A stretch of 37,606 nucleotides of DNA. Origin: Chloroflexota bacterium. GTDB lineage: Bacteria; Chloroflexota; Anaerolineae; Anaerolineales; UBA4823. The translations under genes and the position numbers were made by a program. Numbering within the stretch: the stretch's first letter is position 1; each line of letters starts with the position of its first letter. Of the stretch, positions 17,753 to 26,781 are shown in pieces. Where the stretch lies: positions 1-37,606 of the forward strand of contig DAOVCZ010000001.1 of assembly GCA_030669775.1 (NCBI GenBank), in the 5' to 3' direction. The notes beneath the pieces were generated by a model, which was given only the letters and a program-made list of their open reading frames with translations, had not been told where the DNA came from and searched no databases.

Positions 17753-19183
17753 ATGCTGGAAAACCTTAAGCAAATCCTGCAAGATGAATGCCAACTCGAT
17801 TTAAATCGACCAGTTGTGGTGGGTGTATCTGGCGGCCCAGATAGCTTGTGTGCACTGGATGTACTCGATCGCAGTGGTTATTCGGTGATCGTTGCACATT
17901 TCAACCATAAATTACGCTCCGCGGCTGATGCTGACGCTGTGACCATTCAACATCTAGCAAATCAGCGGGATCTGCGATTTATGCTTGGAGAGGGGGAAGT
18001 AAGTGGGCGAGCGGAGCGGGAGAGCGAATCGATCGAAGAAGCAGCTCGCAATGAACGCTATCTTTTCTTATTCAACTGTGCTGAAGAGGTTGGCGCTCAA
18101 GCGGTTGTGGTCGGGCATTCCGCAGACGATCAGGTGGAAACCGTTTTGATGCACCTGATCAGAGGCACGGGAATGAGCGGGTTGAGCGGAATGAGAACCA
18201 GAGCCCTACCAAATGCCTGGAGCGATCATATTCCACTAGTTAGGCCCTTGTTAGGAGTCTGGAGAACACAGATTTTAGCATATTGCAGGGAATGTGGATT
18301 CGATCCATTAATCGACCTCTCAAACCAGGACATGACCTATTTCCGCAATCGCTTGCGGCATGAACTGATCCCTTATCTGGAAAACTACAATCCAGCTATC
18401 CGCAAGCTAATTTGGCGTACTGCCGAGGTAATGCGAGGTGAGATGGTTCTGGTCGATCAAATGGTAGATGTCGCCTGGCATGATTGCCTGTTGATGCTGG
18501 GGGAAGGTTATATTGCTATTGATTCACTGTGCTGCAGACGGCAGCCCTTAAGTGTGCAGCGCCACATAATTCGCCGGGCGATTGCGAGTCTAAGACCAGG
18601 CTTGCGCGATATCGGTTTTGATGCCGTAGAGAGGGCGCTAAAATATATGTTTTCTTCGAAATCATACGCGGAGGTTGATTTAATCTCAGGTTTGAAGTTG
18701 TTATCGGAACCAGGAAGAACATGGATTGCGGAATGGGAAGCAGAGCTCCCTACCAGTGAATGGCCACAGGTGGATGAAGATGAGACCACGCTGGAGATTG
18801 GCGGGAAAGTAAAATTGCAGGGTGGTTGGCAGCTGTCCGCGGAAAAAGTGTCAAAAACCATTCTGGTGGAGCAAAAATCTTGGGAGAATCTGGATGCCAG
18901 CGAGGTTTGGGTAGATATTAATCATATCCAATTGCCTTTGTTGGTTCGTTCCCGGAGGGAAGGCGACCGGCTGCAACCTTTTGGCATGGATGGGCATTCA
19001 TTAAAACTCTCAGATTTTATGATTAATGAAAAACTGCCCAGGCGAGCCCGGAAAAAGTGGCCTTTAGTTTGTTGTGGACAGCAGATCGTCTGGGTTCCGG
19101 GATACCGTTTGACACACCCATTCCGGGTTACAGAAACGACAGCTGGGGTGGTAAGCTTGAAATTAAATCGTTTCGAACTGTGA
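17753..19183 (+). CDS. tilS: tRNA(Ile)-lysidine synthetase
   Basis: PP-loop VGVSGGPDS and a TilS C-terminal domain. I prefer the ATG at 17753 because the TTG at 17732 would lie upstream of the -10 box. Confidence 0.85.
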   Translation: MLENLKQILQDECQLDLNRPVVVGVSGGPDSLCALDVLDRSGYSVIVAHFNHKLRSAADADAVTIQHLANQRDLRFMLGEGEVSGRAERESESIEEAARNERYLFLFNCAEEVGAQAVVVGHSADDQVETVLMHLIRGTGMSGLSGMRTRALPNAWSDHIPLVRPLLGVWRTQILAYCRECGFDPLIDLSNQDMTYFRNRLRHELIPYLENYNPAIRKLIWRTAEVMRGEMVLVDQMVDVAWHDCLLMLGEGYIAIDSLCCRRQPLSVQRHIIRRAIASLRPGLRDIGFDAVERALKYMFSSKSYAEVDLISGLKLLSEPGRTWIAEWEAELPTSEWPQVDEDETTLEIGGKVKLQGGWQLSAEKVSKTILVEQKSWENLDASEVWVDINHIQLPLLVRSRREGDRLQPFGMDGHSLKLSDFMINEKLPRRARKKWPLVCCGQQIVWVPGYRLTHPFRVTETTAGVVSLKLNRFEL

Positions 19184-19194
19184 TCGGAGAAAAA

Positions 19195-19476
19195 ATGAAG
19201 GTTAATTTCTTTGCTGGTCTGCGCCGGATTGTGGGTCAAAAAACAGTGGAAATCCCAATTTCAGAAGGTGCGACAGCGGACCAATTGGTAGAAGATGAGA
19301 TTGTGCGTTGATATCCAGCACTCGAACGAGAATTATTAGACGAACACGGAAACCTGTATGGGCACGTGCATGTTGTGATCAACGGTAGAGACATTCGATA
19401 TTTGGAAGGGGGGATGGAAAGAGTGATATCTTCCGCTGACAAGGTGAGCTTATTTCCTGCTATTGGGGGAGGTTGA
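19195..19476 (+). pseudogene. MoaD/ThiS-family ubiquitin-like sulfur carrier interrupted by one in-frame TGA (19309..19311); either a pseudogene or a recoded gene
   Basis: SD GGAGA lies 5 nt upstream. Hand translation: MKVNFFAGLRRIVGQKTVEIPISEGATADQLVEDEIVR-TGA-YPALERELLDEHGNLYGHVHVVINGRDIRYLEGGMERVISSADKVSLFPAIGGG-stop. Both halves are in the same frame and both look MoaD-like, including the terminal Gly-Gly. Confidence 0.65.
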
Positions 19477-19530
19477 AATCTGCCAGAGTGGGGATAACCG
19501 ATTAATCGTGTATATTGGGAAGAAAATTAA

Positions 19531-19558
19531 GGTGGACTGCTCACTCCAGCAGTCCACC
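19531..19558. terminator. Bidirectional stem-loop between the convergent moaD-like and AOR genes
   Basis: Perfect 10-bp stem GGTGGACTGC/GCAGTCCACC with an 8-nt loop and AT-rich flanks on both sides. Confidence 0.6.
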
Positions 19559-19610
19559 TATTAGTTTAGTAATCAGGGTAGGGATTGTGAGGGACCTGGT
19601 AATAAACTAG

Positions 19611-21437
19611 CTAGATAATCTCCAGCTCCTTTAATTTACTCTCGGGAACAACACCATCCTCCCAGCCACGCGCTTGGTAATATTCCTCGAGCATCAGGTC
19701 AAGTTCACAAACCTGTCCCTCTGAGCCAGGGCTAGTAGAGGGTTCATTGAGAAATCGCTCGGGCAAATAATCTGAGCCTTCCCGGAATCCAGCCAGGTTG
19801 TTGTAGTAGCGCTCTAGAGTAAAAACGCGTTCACCAACTTTGAGCAGGTAATCCGCATCAGCTGGAACACCGGTGATGGCGGCGAACTGGTCCGCAAATG
19901 TGTCCATCGATTCAGCGAAGGTCGCGAATTTACACACATCGAGGCAATCGGTTACTGTATGGACATTCTGGAAAATGATGGTGAGTTCGCCTTTCCCCTT
20001 CCATTCCAATGGATCGGTGATCTCGGCTGGACCAAGAACGTTACCAATAACCTCAGCTGCGGGGGTGTAGGCTCGCACATGGCACGCGCCACGGTTGCTG
20101 GTGGCATATCCAAGCCCCATGCCCTTAATACCGCGAGGATCATAAGCAGGGATAGCCATACCTTTGACGGTCATGGCGATCTCCGGGTGTCCAAAGTGTT
20201 TGGCAGTTCTTTCAGCGCCATCAGCGAGGATATCTCCGATTCCTTCGCGACCGGCGATTTTGGGAATCAGGGTCACCATTTCCTGGTGATCACCCCAATT
20301 GAGATTTTCACCACCATTGGTGTACCCTTTTTCAAAGGCTTCCATGTAGACACTCAGGACATTTCCCATTTCGATTGTGTCAAATCCATAATCGTTGCAT
20401 AGAGCGATTAACTTGGCTACACTAGCCGCATCGTTGTTGTCGCAGTTGGCCCCAAACGCCCAGGCAGATTCGTACTCAAAGCTTTCCATGCGTGTGCCTT
20501 TGTAAGGCCCTTCGGTGATTTCAACCTCTTTCTTGCAGGCTACAGGGCAGGCATGGCAGGTCGGATTATTGACCAGGATGGTTTCTACTATGGTCTCTCC
20601 ACTGATATCTTCATGAGGTTCGAAGTAGGTGAGCTGGGAATTCTTAGTGGGCAACGCGCCAATCTCATTGACCATATTCATTAATACATTGGTTCCATAG
20701 ACCGACAGCCCACCCTTGCGCGGTGAGGTAACAATGCGTTCATCCTTTATCTGTGCCAGGCATTTGCTTTGCACCTCTTTCCAAAGTTCAAGATTGACAG
20801 CCTTGGGTATTTTCTTCTCAGCTTTGATCACTATGGCTTTAAGCTGCTTACTCCCGCCTACACATCCAGTTCCACCTCGTCCACTGGCTCGATCATCCTC
20901 GTTGATCCAGCAAGCGAATAGTGACAAGTTCTCTCCAGCCTGACCGATGGTGATGACACTCAAATCTTTCTCACCATACATCTCCTGGAAATATTTTACT
21001 GTGTCACGAATATTCTTTCCCCACACCGCTGAGGCGTCATGGAGTTCAACTCCCTGAACATTAACAAGTGCATAAACCGGTTTTTCGGCTTTACCCGAGA
21101 AGATTAAACCATCGAAACCAGCCCAGCGAAGACGGGCAGCGGACCAGCCACCATGATGGCTATCTGTGATTGTGTTGGTGAGGGGGGATTTAGTCACTAC
21201 CGCCATCCGACCGCTCATGTTCACCTCGGTTCCGGTTAACGGTCCATTCATGAAGCACAGTATGTTTTCTGCTGAAAGAGGGTCGACAAGCGGACCGTTT
21301 TCGTACAGGTAACGCACGCCAAGCCCGCGCCCCCCAATATATTTTTGTGCCCATTCTTCCTGAATAGGTTTGTAAGAAATTTCTCCACCTGACAAATCAA
21401 TATGGGCAATCTTATTCGCATAACCTCCACGTATCAT
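19611..21437 (-). CDS. Aldehyde:ferredoxin oxidoreductase (tungsten/molybdopterin AOR family)
   Basis: 608 aa with an AFOR_N-like N-terminus (IDLSGGEISYKPI..YIGGRGLG), a 4Fe-4S Cys cluster (CHACPVACKK) and the GLGYATSNRGACH motif. Confidence 0.85.
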   Translation of the reverse strand: MIRGGYANKIAHIDLSGGEISYKPIQEEWAQKYIGGRGLGVRYLYENGPLVDPLSAENILCFMNGPLTGTEVNMSGRMAVVTKSPLTNTITDSHHGGWSAARLRWAGFDGLIFSGKAEKPVYALVNVQGVELHDASAVWGKNIRDTVKYFQEMYGEKDLSVITIGQAGENLSLFACWINEDDRASGRGGTGCVGGSKQLKAIVIKAEKKIPKAVNLELWKEVQSKCLAQIKDERIVTSPRKGGLSVYGTNVLMNMVNEIGALPTKNSQLTYFEPHEDISGETIVETILVNNPTCHACPVACKKEVEITEGPYKGTRMESFEYESAWAFGANCDNNDAASVAKLIALCNDYGFDTIEMGNVLSVYMEAFEKGYTNGGENLNWGDHQEMVTLIPKIAGREGIGDILADGAERTAKHFGHPEIAMTVKGMAIPAYDPRGIKGMGLGYATSNRGACHVRAYTPAAEVIGNVLGPAEITDPLEWKGKGELTIIFQNVHTVTDCLDVCKFATFAESMDTFADQFAAITGVPADADYLLKVGERVFTLERYYNNLAGFREGSDYLPERFLNEPSTSPGSEGQVCELDLMLEEYYQARGWEDGVVPESKLKELEII

Positions 21438-21520
21438 CTGAGCCTCCCTTCTGCTTAAAAGAATTGGTCTCCCCCGGATTGAATATTTCTCATCGGATGA
21501 AAGCCTTTTTCACCAATTCC

Positions 21521-21549
21521 AATATAGCAAAAATTTTATTTAATTTCAA
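21521..21549 (-). promoter_or_regulatory. Sigma-70-type promoter for the AOR gene
   Basis: The minus strand reads TTGAAA-17 nt-TATATT with an extended TGC. About 75 nt downstream come the SD GAAGGGAGG and the ATG. Confidence 0.55.
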
Positions 21550-21606
21550 GTGACAAAAATCCTCATTTTAGATTAAAGATTGATTACTTGTGTTTTATGA
21601 AAATTT

Positions 21607-21636
21607 TTGTGTGATCAATTACAATTTTGTTATAAT
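21607..21636 (+). promoter_or_regulatory. Sigma-70-type promoter for the DUF47 gene
   Basis: TTGTGT-18 nt-TATAAT with an extended TGt, inside a 312-bp AT-rich divergent intergenic region. Confidence 0.5.
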
Positions 21637-21749
21637 GCGGAAGAGTTGACCCATGATGTGAATGAGTGTATAAACAATTTTGTTGAATGATTAACTGCAG
21701 CTTGAGATGAAGTAAAATTAATTGATGATCCTAAGAAAGAGGGCAGCTG

Positions 21750-22373
21750 ATGAGATTATTTTCACGTCGTAAGAAAGACAACCGTTTCTTGGAGCTATTG
21801 ATCCAGCAGGCTGAGTTCACGGTTGAGGGATTGGAAGCACTGAAGCTGTACATGAAGCAACCGGATAGCGCCATAGCTGAGAAGATATCTAGGATTGAAT
21901 CGGAAGAAGATGAGGTGCGGCGGATATTAATCGATGAACTCAACCGTACATTTGTTACGCCATTTGACCGGGAGGATATTTTTGCCCTCTCCTTGACGAT
22001 TGACGATATCCTCGATTACGCAGAAGAAACGATCGACCGCATGGTCACCCTGAATGTAGAACCCAATCAATTTATTGAGCGAATGGTCTCTCTCTTAACT
22101 GATGCTGCCGTAGAGATATTGCGCGGCGTATCGGAATTAGTTGAACACCCCAATGTGGCCAATGATCACGCCGTACGGTCAAAAGCCCTTGAGAACCGGG
22201 TAGAACAGGTATACCGGGAAGCCCTGGCAGATTTATTTCGCGATCCAGAGGATTTAAATGGCGTGATGGAAATTCTGAAACTGCGTGAGATTTACCGCCA
22301 TCTCTCCAATGCAGCTGACCGGGGGGATCAAGCTGCCAATGTCATTGGGGATATTGTCGTCAAGTGGTTGTAA
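21750..22373 (+). CDS. DUF47 (PhoU_div, YkaA-like) putative phosphate-transport regulator
   Basis: 207 aa with ESEEDEVRR and TPFDREDIFALSLTIDDILD motifs typical of DUF47. Confidence 0.75.
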   Translation: MRLFSRRKKDNRFLELLIQQAEFTVEGLEALKLYMKQPDSAIAEKISRIESEEDEVRRILIDELNRTFVTPFDREDIFALSLTIDDILDYAEETIDRMVTLNVEPNQFIERMVSLLTDAAVEILRGVSELVEHPNVANDHAVRSKALENRVEQVYREALADLFRDPEDLNGVMEILKLREIYRHLSNAADRGDQAANVIGDIVVKWL

Positions 22374-22379
22374 ATCAGG

Positions 22380-23294
22380 TTAATCGACGATTGGCGCAGA
22401 AAGCTTCCTGAGTTTCATACGCACTTCCCGCCACTGGATTTTCGATATTCCCAGCTTCTGACGGATTTTGTCCGGTTCCATCCCAGATTGCCAATCACTA
22501 AGAGCGCATGTCCAGCGGCACATCTCAAATGAGATGTGCTTTTCGAGCCCAGCCTGCACGCTGATATCCTCTAAGAGGTATTCCAATCGGCGGGGGGACC
22601 AGGGGAAGAGCTTATCGGTCAGGTTGTATTGCGCCTCGTATTCGGGATAAATCGCCAGCCAGCTTTCAGGGAGGGGGATCTTGCGTTCTTTAAAGCGGTA
22701 TTGGGGGTTGGCGTAGCGCACGAAGACCAGCGCACCATCCGGCGCTTCTAAATCGATGTGATTGAGCCGCAGGGCGAGGATTTCACTTTTCTTCAAGCCG
22801 GTATTGAGCAACATGTCAAACAACGCCAGATAGCGGGAATCATGAGGCGCTTCGCGCCATAAATCCTCCGCTACCCGCAGCGCTTCGCGGACTTCATCCG
22901 GATTTAGAACTGTTGGCAGGGGGCTGATCACCGATTTTTGCACGACTTCTTCCGCGGGATCGACCAGAAGCACGCCATATTCATGCAGCCAGCGAAAAAA
23001 AGCCTTAATGGAGGTGATTCGCCGGGAAAGCGTCTTCGGGCTGCAGGGAACGCCGCGACCTTTCTGCATCCAGTTTAGGAAGTTATTCAAATCTGTGGTG
23101 GTGATGCTGCCCAGGGTTCGGTCCGGGGGCAGGTAGGAAGCGAGCAGGTTGAGATCGCCAACAAAAGCTTTGATCGTGTTCGGGGAACTACCCTGGTCTT
23201 CAAGATAGAAGCGCCAGGCGTTGATGGCCGGGATCAATGTGGTATGAGTTGAAATATGAGCGCTGGGTAGATCGCTGACTTCTTGGGGGGACAT
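22380..23294 (-). CDS. XerC/XerD-like tyrosine-recombinase-fold protein with a degenerate active site
   Basis: 304 aa with an N-terminal SAM-like core-binding region (YLEDQGSSPNTIKAFVGDLNLLASYL). The catalytic-domain scaffold is recognisable, but GLKKSE replaces GLRxSE, EMCRW replaces HxLRH, and LGISKIQWREVR replaces LGHsslstTqiY. Confidence 0.65.
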   Translation of the reverse strand: MSPQEVSDLPSAHISTHTTLIPAINAWRFYLEDQGSSPNTIKAFVGDLNLLASYLPPDRTLGSITTTDLNNFLNWMQKGRGVPCSPKTLSRRITSIKAFFRWLHEYGVLLVDPAEEVVQKSVISPLPTVLNPDEVREALRVAEDLWREAPHDSRYLALFDMLLNTGLKKSEILALRLNHIDLEAPDGALVFVRYANPQYRFKERKIPLPESWLAIYPEYEAQYNLTDKLFPWSPRRLEYLLEDISVQAGLEKHISFEMCRWTCALSDWQSGMEPDKIRQKLGISKIQWREVRMKLRKLSAPIVD

Positions 23295-23538
23295 GTAAGC
23301 CTCAAATTCATTGCGGATAGGTTATTCGTATAGCCGTAATTAGAGGTAGTTTAGTCGATAAAGGTATGGCTGTCAATAACGCTCACTTCTGAAAGTTTTT
23401 GAATGAATGATATTGGAGAATTGAGAGGTGCTGCTCAGCTATTGGGACCTAAATGGAATGGTGTAATTCTAGTCTAAATCTATTAATCTGAAAGGGCCAA
23501 TATAAAAGGGCGTTTAACTCAATAGCACCTGATCTGGA

Positions 23539-24105
23539 TCAAGAATTTATGCGATTAAAACCGAGCTCGGGTCCTATACGCCGCATGGCCAGAATGACAT
23601 TGCTGACATGATCCCATAAATCTACCTCGAACTCCTCTGCCGCGCGGGCGATCTCCTCTCGGTTGGCGCCAGACGCAAAATTGCGATCCTTCCACTTCTT
23701 TTTCACCGATTTGACTTTCAGATCATCCAATGAACGGGAGGGTCGCACCAGGGCTACAGCGGTGATCAATCCGGTGATCTCATCACAGGCATAGAGCGCT
23801 TTCTGCATCAGAGTCTGGCGAGGGACGCCAGTGTGGTCTGCATGGCTGAGTATAGCTTGAACAATTTCCTCCGGGACACCATTTTCCCTTAAAATCGGAG
23901 CTCCAGCCTGGGGATGCTTGTCAAGTGACGGATGAATCTCCCAATCGAAATCATGCAGCAGTCCGGTGTTTCCCCACAGCTCCTGATCCTGATCGTATTT
24001 CTCGGCATAAAGACGCATGGCGGCTTCAACAGCTAACATGTGGCGGAGAAGATTCTCATTGGAGACATATTGTTCTATGATCGCCAGGGCGTCAGTGCGG
24101 TTCAT
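23539..24105 (-). CDS. HD/HDIG-domain metal-dependent phosphohydrolase
   Basis: RHMLAVE...LLHDFDWE...SHADH motifs. The start is trimmed to the ATG at 24105 (MNRTDALAII), which makes an ATGA overlap with the upstream gene's stop. Confidence 0.7.
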   Translation of the reverse strand: MNRTDALAIIEQYVSNENLLRHMLAVEAAMRLYAEKYDQDQELWGNTGLLHDFDWEIHPSLDKHPQAGAPILRENGVPEEIVQAILSHADHTGVPRQTLMQKALYACDEITGLITAVALVRPSRSLDDLKVKSVKKKWKDRNFASGANREEIARAAEEFEVDLWDHVSNVILAMRRIGPELGFNRINS

Positions 24106-24764
24106 TGGGCCTCCTGGGGGAAAATGGGTTCCGGGTTTCCAAGAATCGGCTGCGGTTGGGAGATATGGATCTGCCAAAGGGCGACAACTGTAGCTACCGA
24201 TTCACGCAGATTCCAGAATGTCTGAGATGAACGGCGATACTGGCGAAGATCAGCAGGCACGCCAACCGCAGTGACACCGAGTAAATTGCAGGTATATAAG
24301 GCACGCGGCAGGTGAAAAGATTGGCTGACCAATATAGCCGATTCGAGGTTAAAAATCTCTCGTGCTCGATAGCATGTGTCGTAGGTGCGTCTGCCAGCAT
24401 AATCGAGGATGATATCTTCATCGGGGATGCCTAAACCGATGGCATAGTCCCGCATAGCCCCTGGCTCATTGTGGCTGGGAGTGCTGTTATCACCACTCAT
24501 GAGCAGCTTTTCTGCCTTCCCGGAGTTGTATAGGCCAGCGGCAGTGGCTACTCGATCTCTCAGAACTGGTGTTGGGGATCCATCCCTGTAGAGACCAGCA
24601 CCGAAGACGATCGCGACCTGACCAGTGGGGGTTTTCTCTGGTTCGTAGAGTCGCGATCCGGCATATACGCGCGTCAACATGCGTGGAACTGTCCCAGCGA
24701 CCAGGAGGAGAACCAGCAGGAGAATAAACAAGCCAAAGATGATTTTAATCGCTTTGCTCAGCAC
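24102..24764 (-). CDS. SanA/YdcF-like DUF218 membrane protein
   Basis: 220 aa with an N-terminal TM helix and SanA-like motifs LMSGDNS..HNEP and DYAGRRTYDTCYRA. GTG start. Confidence 0.7.
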   Translation of the reverse strand: MLSKAIKIIFGLFILLLVLLLVAGTVPRMLTRVYAGSRLYEPEKTPTGQVAIVFGAGLYRDGSPTPVLRDRVATAAGLYNSGKAEKLLMSGDNSTPSHNEPGAMRDYAIGLGIPDEDIILDYAGRRTYDTCYRAREIFNLESAILVSQSFHLPRALYTCNLLGVTAVGVPADLRQYRRSSQTFWNLRESVATVVALWQIHISQPQPILGNPEPIFPQEAQ

Positions 24765-24770
24765 GGGCGA

Positions 24771-24776
24771 ATTTTA
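24771..24776 (-). promoter_or_regulatory. -10-like TAAAAT 6 nt upstream of the sanA-like GTG start (leaderless-type)
   Basis: The minus strand reads TAAAAT-tcgccc-GTG. Confidence 0.35.
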
Positions 24777-24792
24777 CCATGCCGAGAAGGTA

Positions 24793-24822
24793 ACTACCTG
24801 ATACCAAATGATATCAGGTAGT
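24793..24822 (-). terminator. Stem-loop downstream of phnE; candidate terminator
   Basis: An 11-bp perfect stem ACTACCTGATA/TATCAGGTAGT with an 8-nt loop. The minus-strand tail TACCTTCTC is only moderately T-rich. Confidence 0.4.
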
Positions 24823-24948
24823 GGGGGCAGGTATAGAAACACCCTGGACGGGTACCAGCCTGCCCTACATATGGAGGTAGGAAAGTGGTGTTTTGTTATT
24901 TTTGGACAGACGACTAAGATAAGACGTGGTCTTGTTTCGAATATTTAC

Positions 24949-26781
24949 TTATACAAATCGCTTGCGCAGGATCGAGCTGGTGTAATCCATGGTTGCCACC
25001 ACGATGGCGATGGCGATCATCTGGGTGCTGGCAGCCCGGTAATCGAGCAGGCGGATATTTTGCTGCAGCAAAAAGCCGATCCCACCACCACCAGCGAAAC
25101 CGATGATCGTGGACATACGTACATTGATATCCCAGCGGTACATGGTGAAGGAAATATATGGCGTAACGATTTGGGGCACGACGGCGTAGACGATGGTTTG
25201 GATGCGGTTGGCGCCGGTAGCCTGCACAGCCTCAAGTGGGCCGGGAAGAATACTCTCGACTTGTTCAGAATACAGCTTGGCCAGGGCCGCAGTGGTGTGC
25301 AGTCCTAAGGCCAACGCCCCAGCAAAGGGTCCAATCCCAACCCAGACGACGAAGATGATCACATAAATCAATGGTTCGATAGAGCGGGTGGCGTTGAGCA
25401 GGGTGCGGGTGATGGTGTAGATCACTGATCCAATCGGCAGCGCTCTTTTGGGAGTCACCCAAAGAGCCAACGCCATCCCAAGTAAAGCACCCACTCCTGC
25501 AGGAATGTAAAAGGTTCTGGTCAGGTCGCCAATTTGGTACAACCAATCGATGCCTGCTCCAACCAGAGCGAAAACAGTCGCCCCAGCGATCCCAGAAACG
25601 ATAACGTTGATAAATTTCACTGCATTTGGTGACCAGCTGTCAGAGACAAGTTGACCGATGCGACCGCTAAAGCTGCCCAGTACCCCGCCGACAGCCATGG
25701 CTGCCAGGGCCGGGGTGATCATACGAAAAATGTCAGACAATTGGAAGACGAAGTTGCCCAGGAAACCGAATGGGCCCAGGTTATCCTCTAAGTAATCGCC
25801 GATATAGAATCCAAGGTAAGCAATAAAGTTAAAAACGAAGAGCACCAGCCCAGCAGCGACTGCCAAAGCTAACAGGCGAGCGATCCTCACTGATAGCTTT
25901 GGTTGCTTAATTTCCTCAGCGGGGACAGCCCACCTGACGATCAACCAGATCACCAGGGAGCTGATCAGAATCCCAACCAGTATCACAATGATGTCCTCAG
26001 AGAGACTCTCGCTGAATCCGCCGATCCAGCGGGCTACCTGGATTCCCAACCCAATACCTACCGTCCAACCCAATACCGATAGGGCAACACTGGTCAGGGG
26101 GCTTTTCACCTCCTCCATTAAGTTGCGCGCAGCCAGGAAGCTGATGAATATGGCCAGCAAGGTGCCGAAGGTGGTCGCCAGCAGGGCTAGAAAGACGGTT
26201 TCCAGGATTTTATCGATCGTGGACCATGCTAAAGGTGAGAGGCGTGGTGAGCCCACATTCATGCGAGCGGTGGCGCGTATAATTTGGGCTTCTTCGACTG
26301 GCTGGCGATTGGGCAGCTCGGTTTTTATTTCGAACTCGCCATCCGAATTTGTTTCAAAGTTGCCGATCTGCAGTTTTGCGCCACTGGGGGGGATGAAATT
26401 CAGTGGCCCTCTGGTTTCCGGTATGAAGTTGAAGCCATTGATGGTAACGAATTCTTTCGGACCCGCGCATGGTGGGTCGACGACTATGTAAGGACCTGAT
26501 TTATCCACTTCAATCTCTGGCTCACCGTCCTCAGGACAGGGCATGTAAAAGGGGACCTCGACATCCATCTCTTCCTTATCATATTCAATGATGTCCGGGT
26601 GAGCCAAGGCTCGTAATATACGGGTGAGTTGGGTAAGCCGCTCCTCGGAGCGTGTGGTCTCGAAATTTACATCGGTGACGCTGAACGCAAAGGCATATAC
26701 CACAAGAACCACGATGATAGCGACAGCGATGCCGATGGATCGAAGTAAAGATCGCTCTTTTTTCACAGTGTCACACCTCAA
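24949..26781 (-). CDS. phnE: PhnE-type ABC transporter permease, greatly expanded (610 aa)
   Basis: The C-terminal ~170 aa is a classical PhnE core (RSIEPLIY..GPFAGALALGLHTTAALAKLYSE..ATGA..YRWDINVR.STIIGFAGGGGIG). The N-terminal ~440 aa is extra. Confidence 0.75.
   Translation of the reverse strand: MRCDTVKKERSLLRSIGIAVAIIVVLVVYAFAFSVTDVNFETTRSEERLTQLTRILRALAHPDIIEYDKEEMDVEVPFYMPCPEDGEPEIEVDKSGPYIVVDPPCAGPKEFVTINGFNFIPETRGPLNFIPPSGAKLQIGNFETNSDGEFEIKTELPNRQPVEEAQIIRATARMNVGSPRLSPLAWSTIDKILETVFLALLATTFGTLLAIFISFLAARNLMEEVKSPLTSVALSVLGWTVGIGLGIQVARWIGGFSESLSEDIIVILVGILISSLVIWLIVRWAVPAEEIKQPKLSVRIARLLALAVAAGLVLFVFNFIAYLGFYIGDYLEDNLGPFGFLGNFVFQLSDIFRMITPALAAMAVGGVLGSFSGRIGQLVSDSWSPNAVKFINVIVSGIAGATVFALVGAGIDWLYQIGDLTRTFYIPAGVGALLGMALALWVTPKRALPIGSVIYTITRTLLNATRSIEPLIYVIIFVVWVGIGPFAGALALGLHTTAALAKLYSEQVESILPGPLEAVQATGANRIQTIVYAVVPQIVTPYISFTMYRWDINVRMSTIIGFAGGGGIGFLLQQNIRLLDYRAASTQMIAIAIVVATMDYTSSILRKRFV

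Noticed and set aside
19309-19380. Selenocysteine at the in-frame TGA of the moaD-like gene
   Set aside because: I could not find a convincing SECIS-like hairpin in the ~60 nt downstream; there is only a CUCG-AA-CGAG mini-stem and the GCACGUGC palindrome. MoaD proteins are not known selenoproteins. This is left open pending a search for sel genes.
21438-21520. Moco/Wco-type riboswitch in the AOR leader; an 8-bp pairing GAATTGGT/ACCAATTC was noticed
   Set aside because: The leader is only about 75 nt, shorter than the Moco motif as I recall it. The 5' arm of the pairing overlaps the predicted transcription start. I cannot match conserved Moco nucleotides by eye, so a covariance-model scan is needed.
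22380-23294. Integrase as a marker of an integrated mobile element or prophage
   Set aside because: No tRNA, att-like direct repeats, or phage or conjugation genes flank it. The neighbours are ordinary metabolic genes. The catalytic residues also appear lost.
24808-25308. 166-aa plus-strand ORF spanning the phnE 3' end
   Set aside because: It is antisense to the best-conserved part of PhnE, and its 5' end lies in the hairpin-containing intergenic region.
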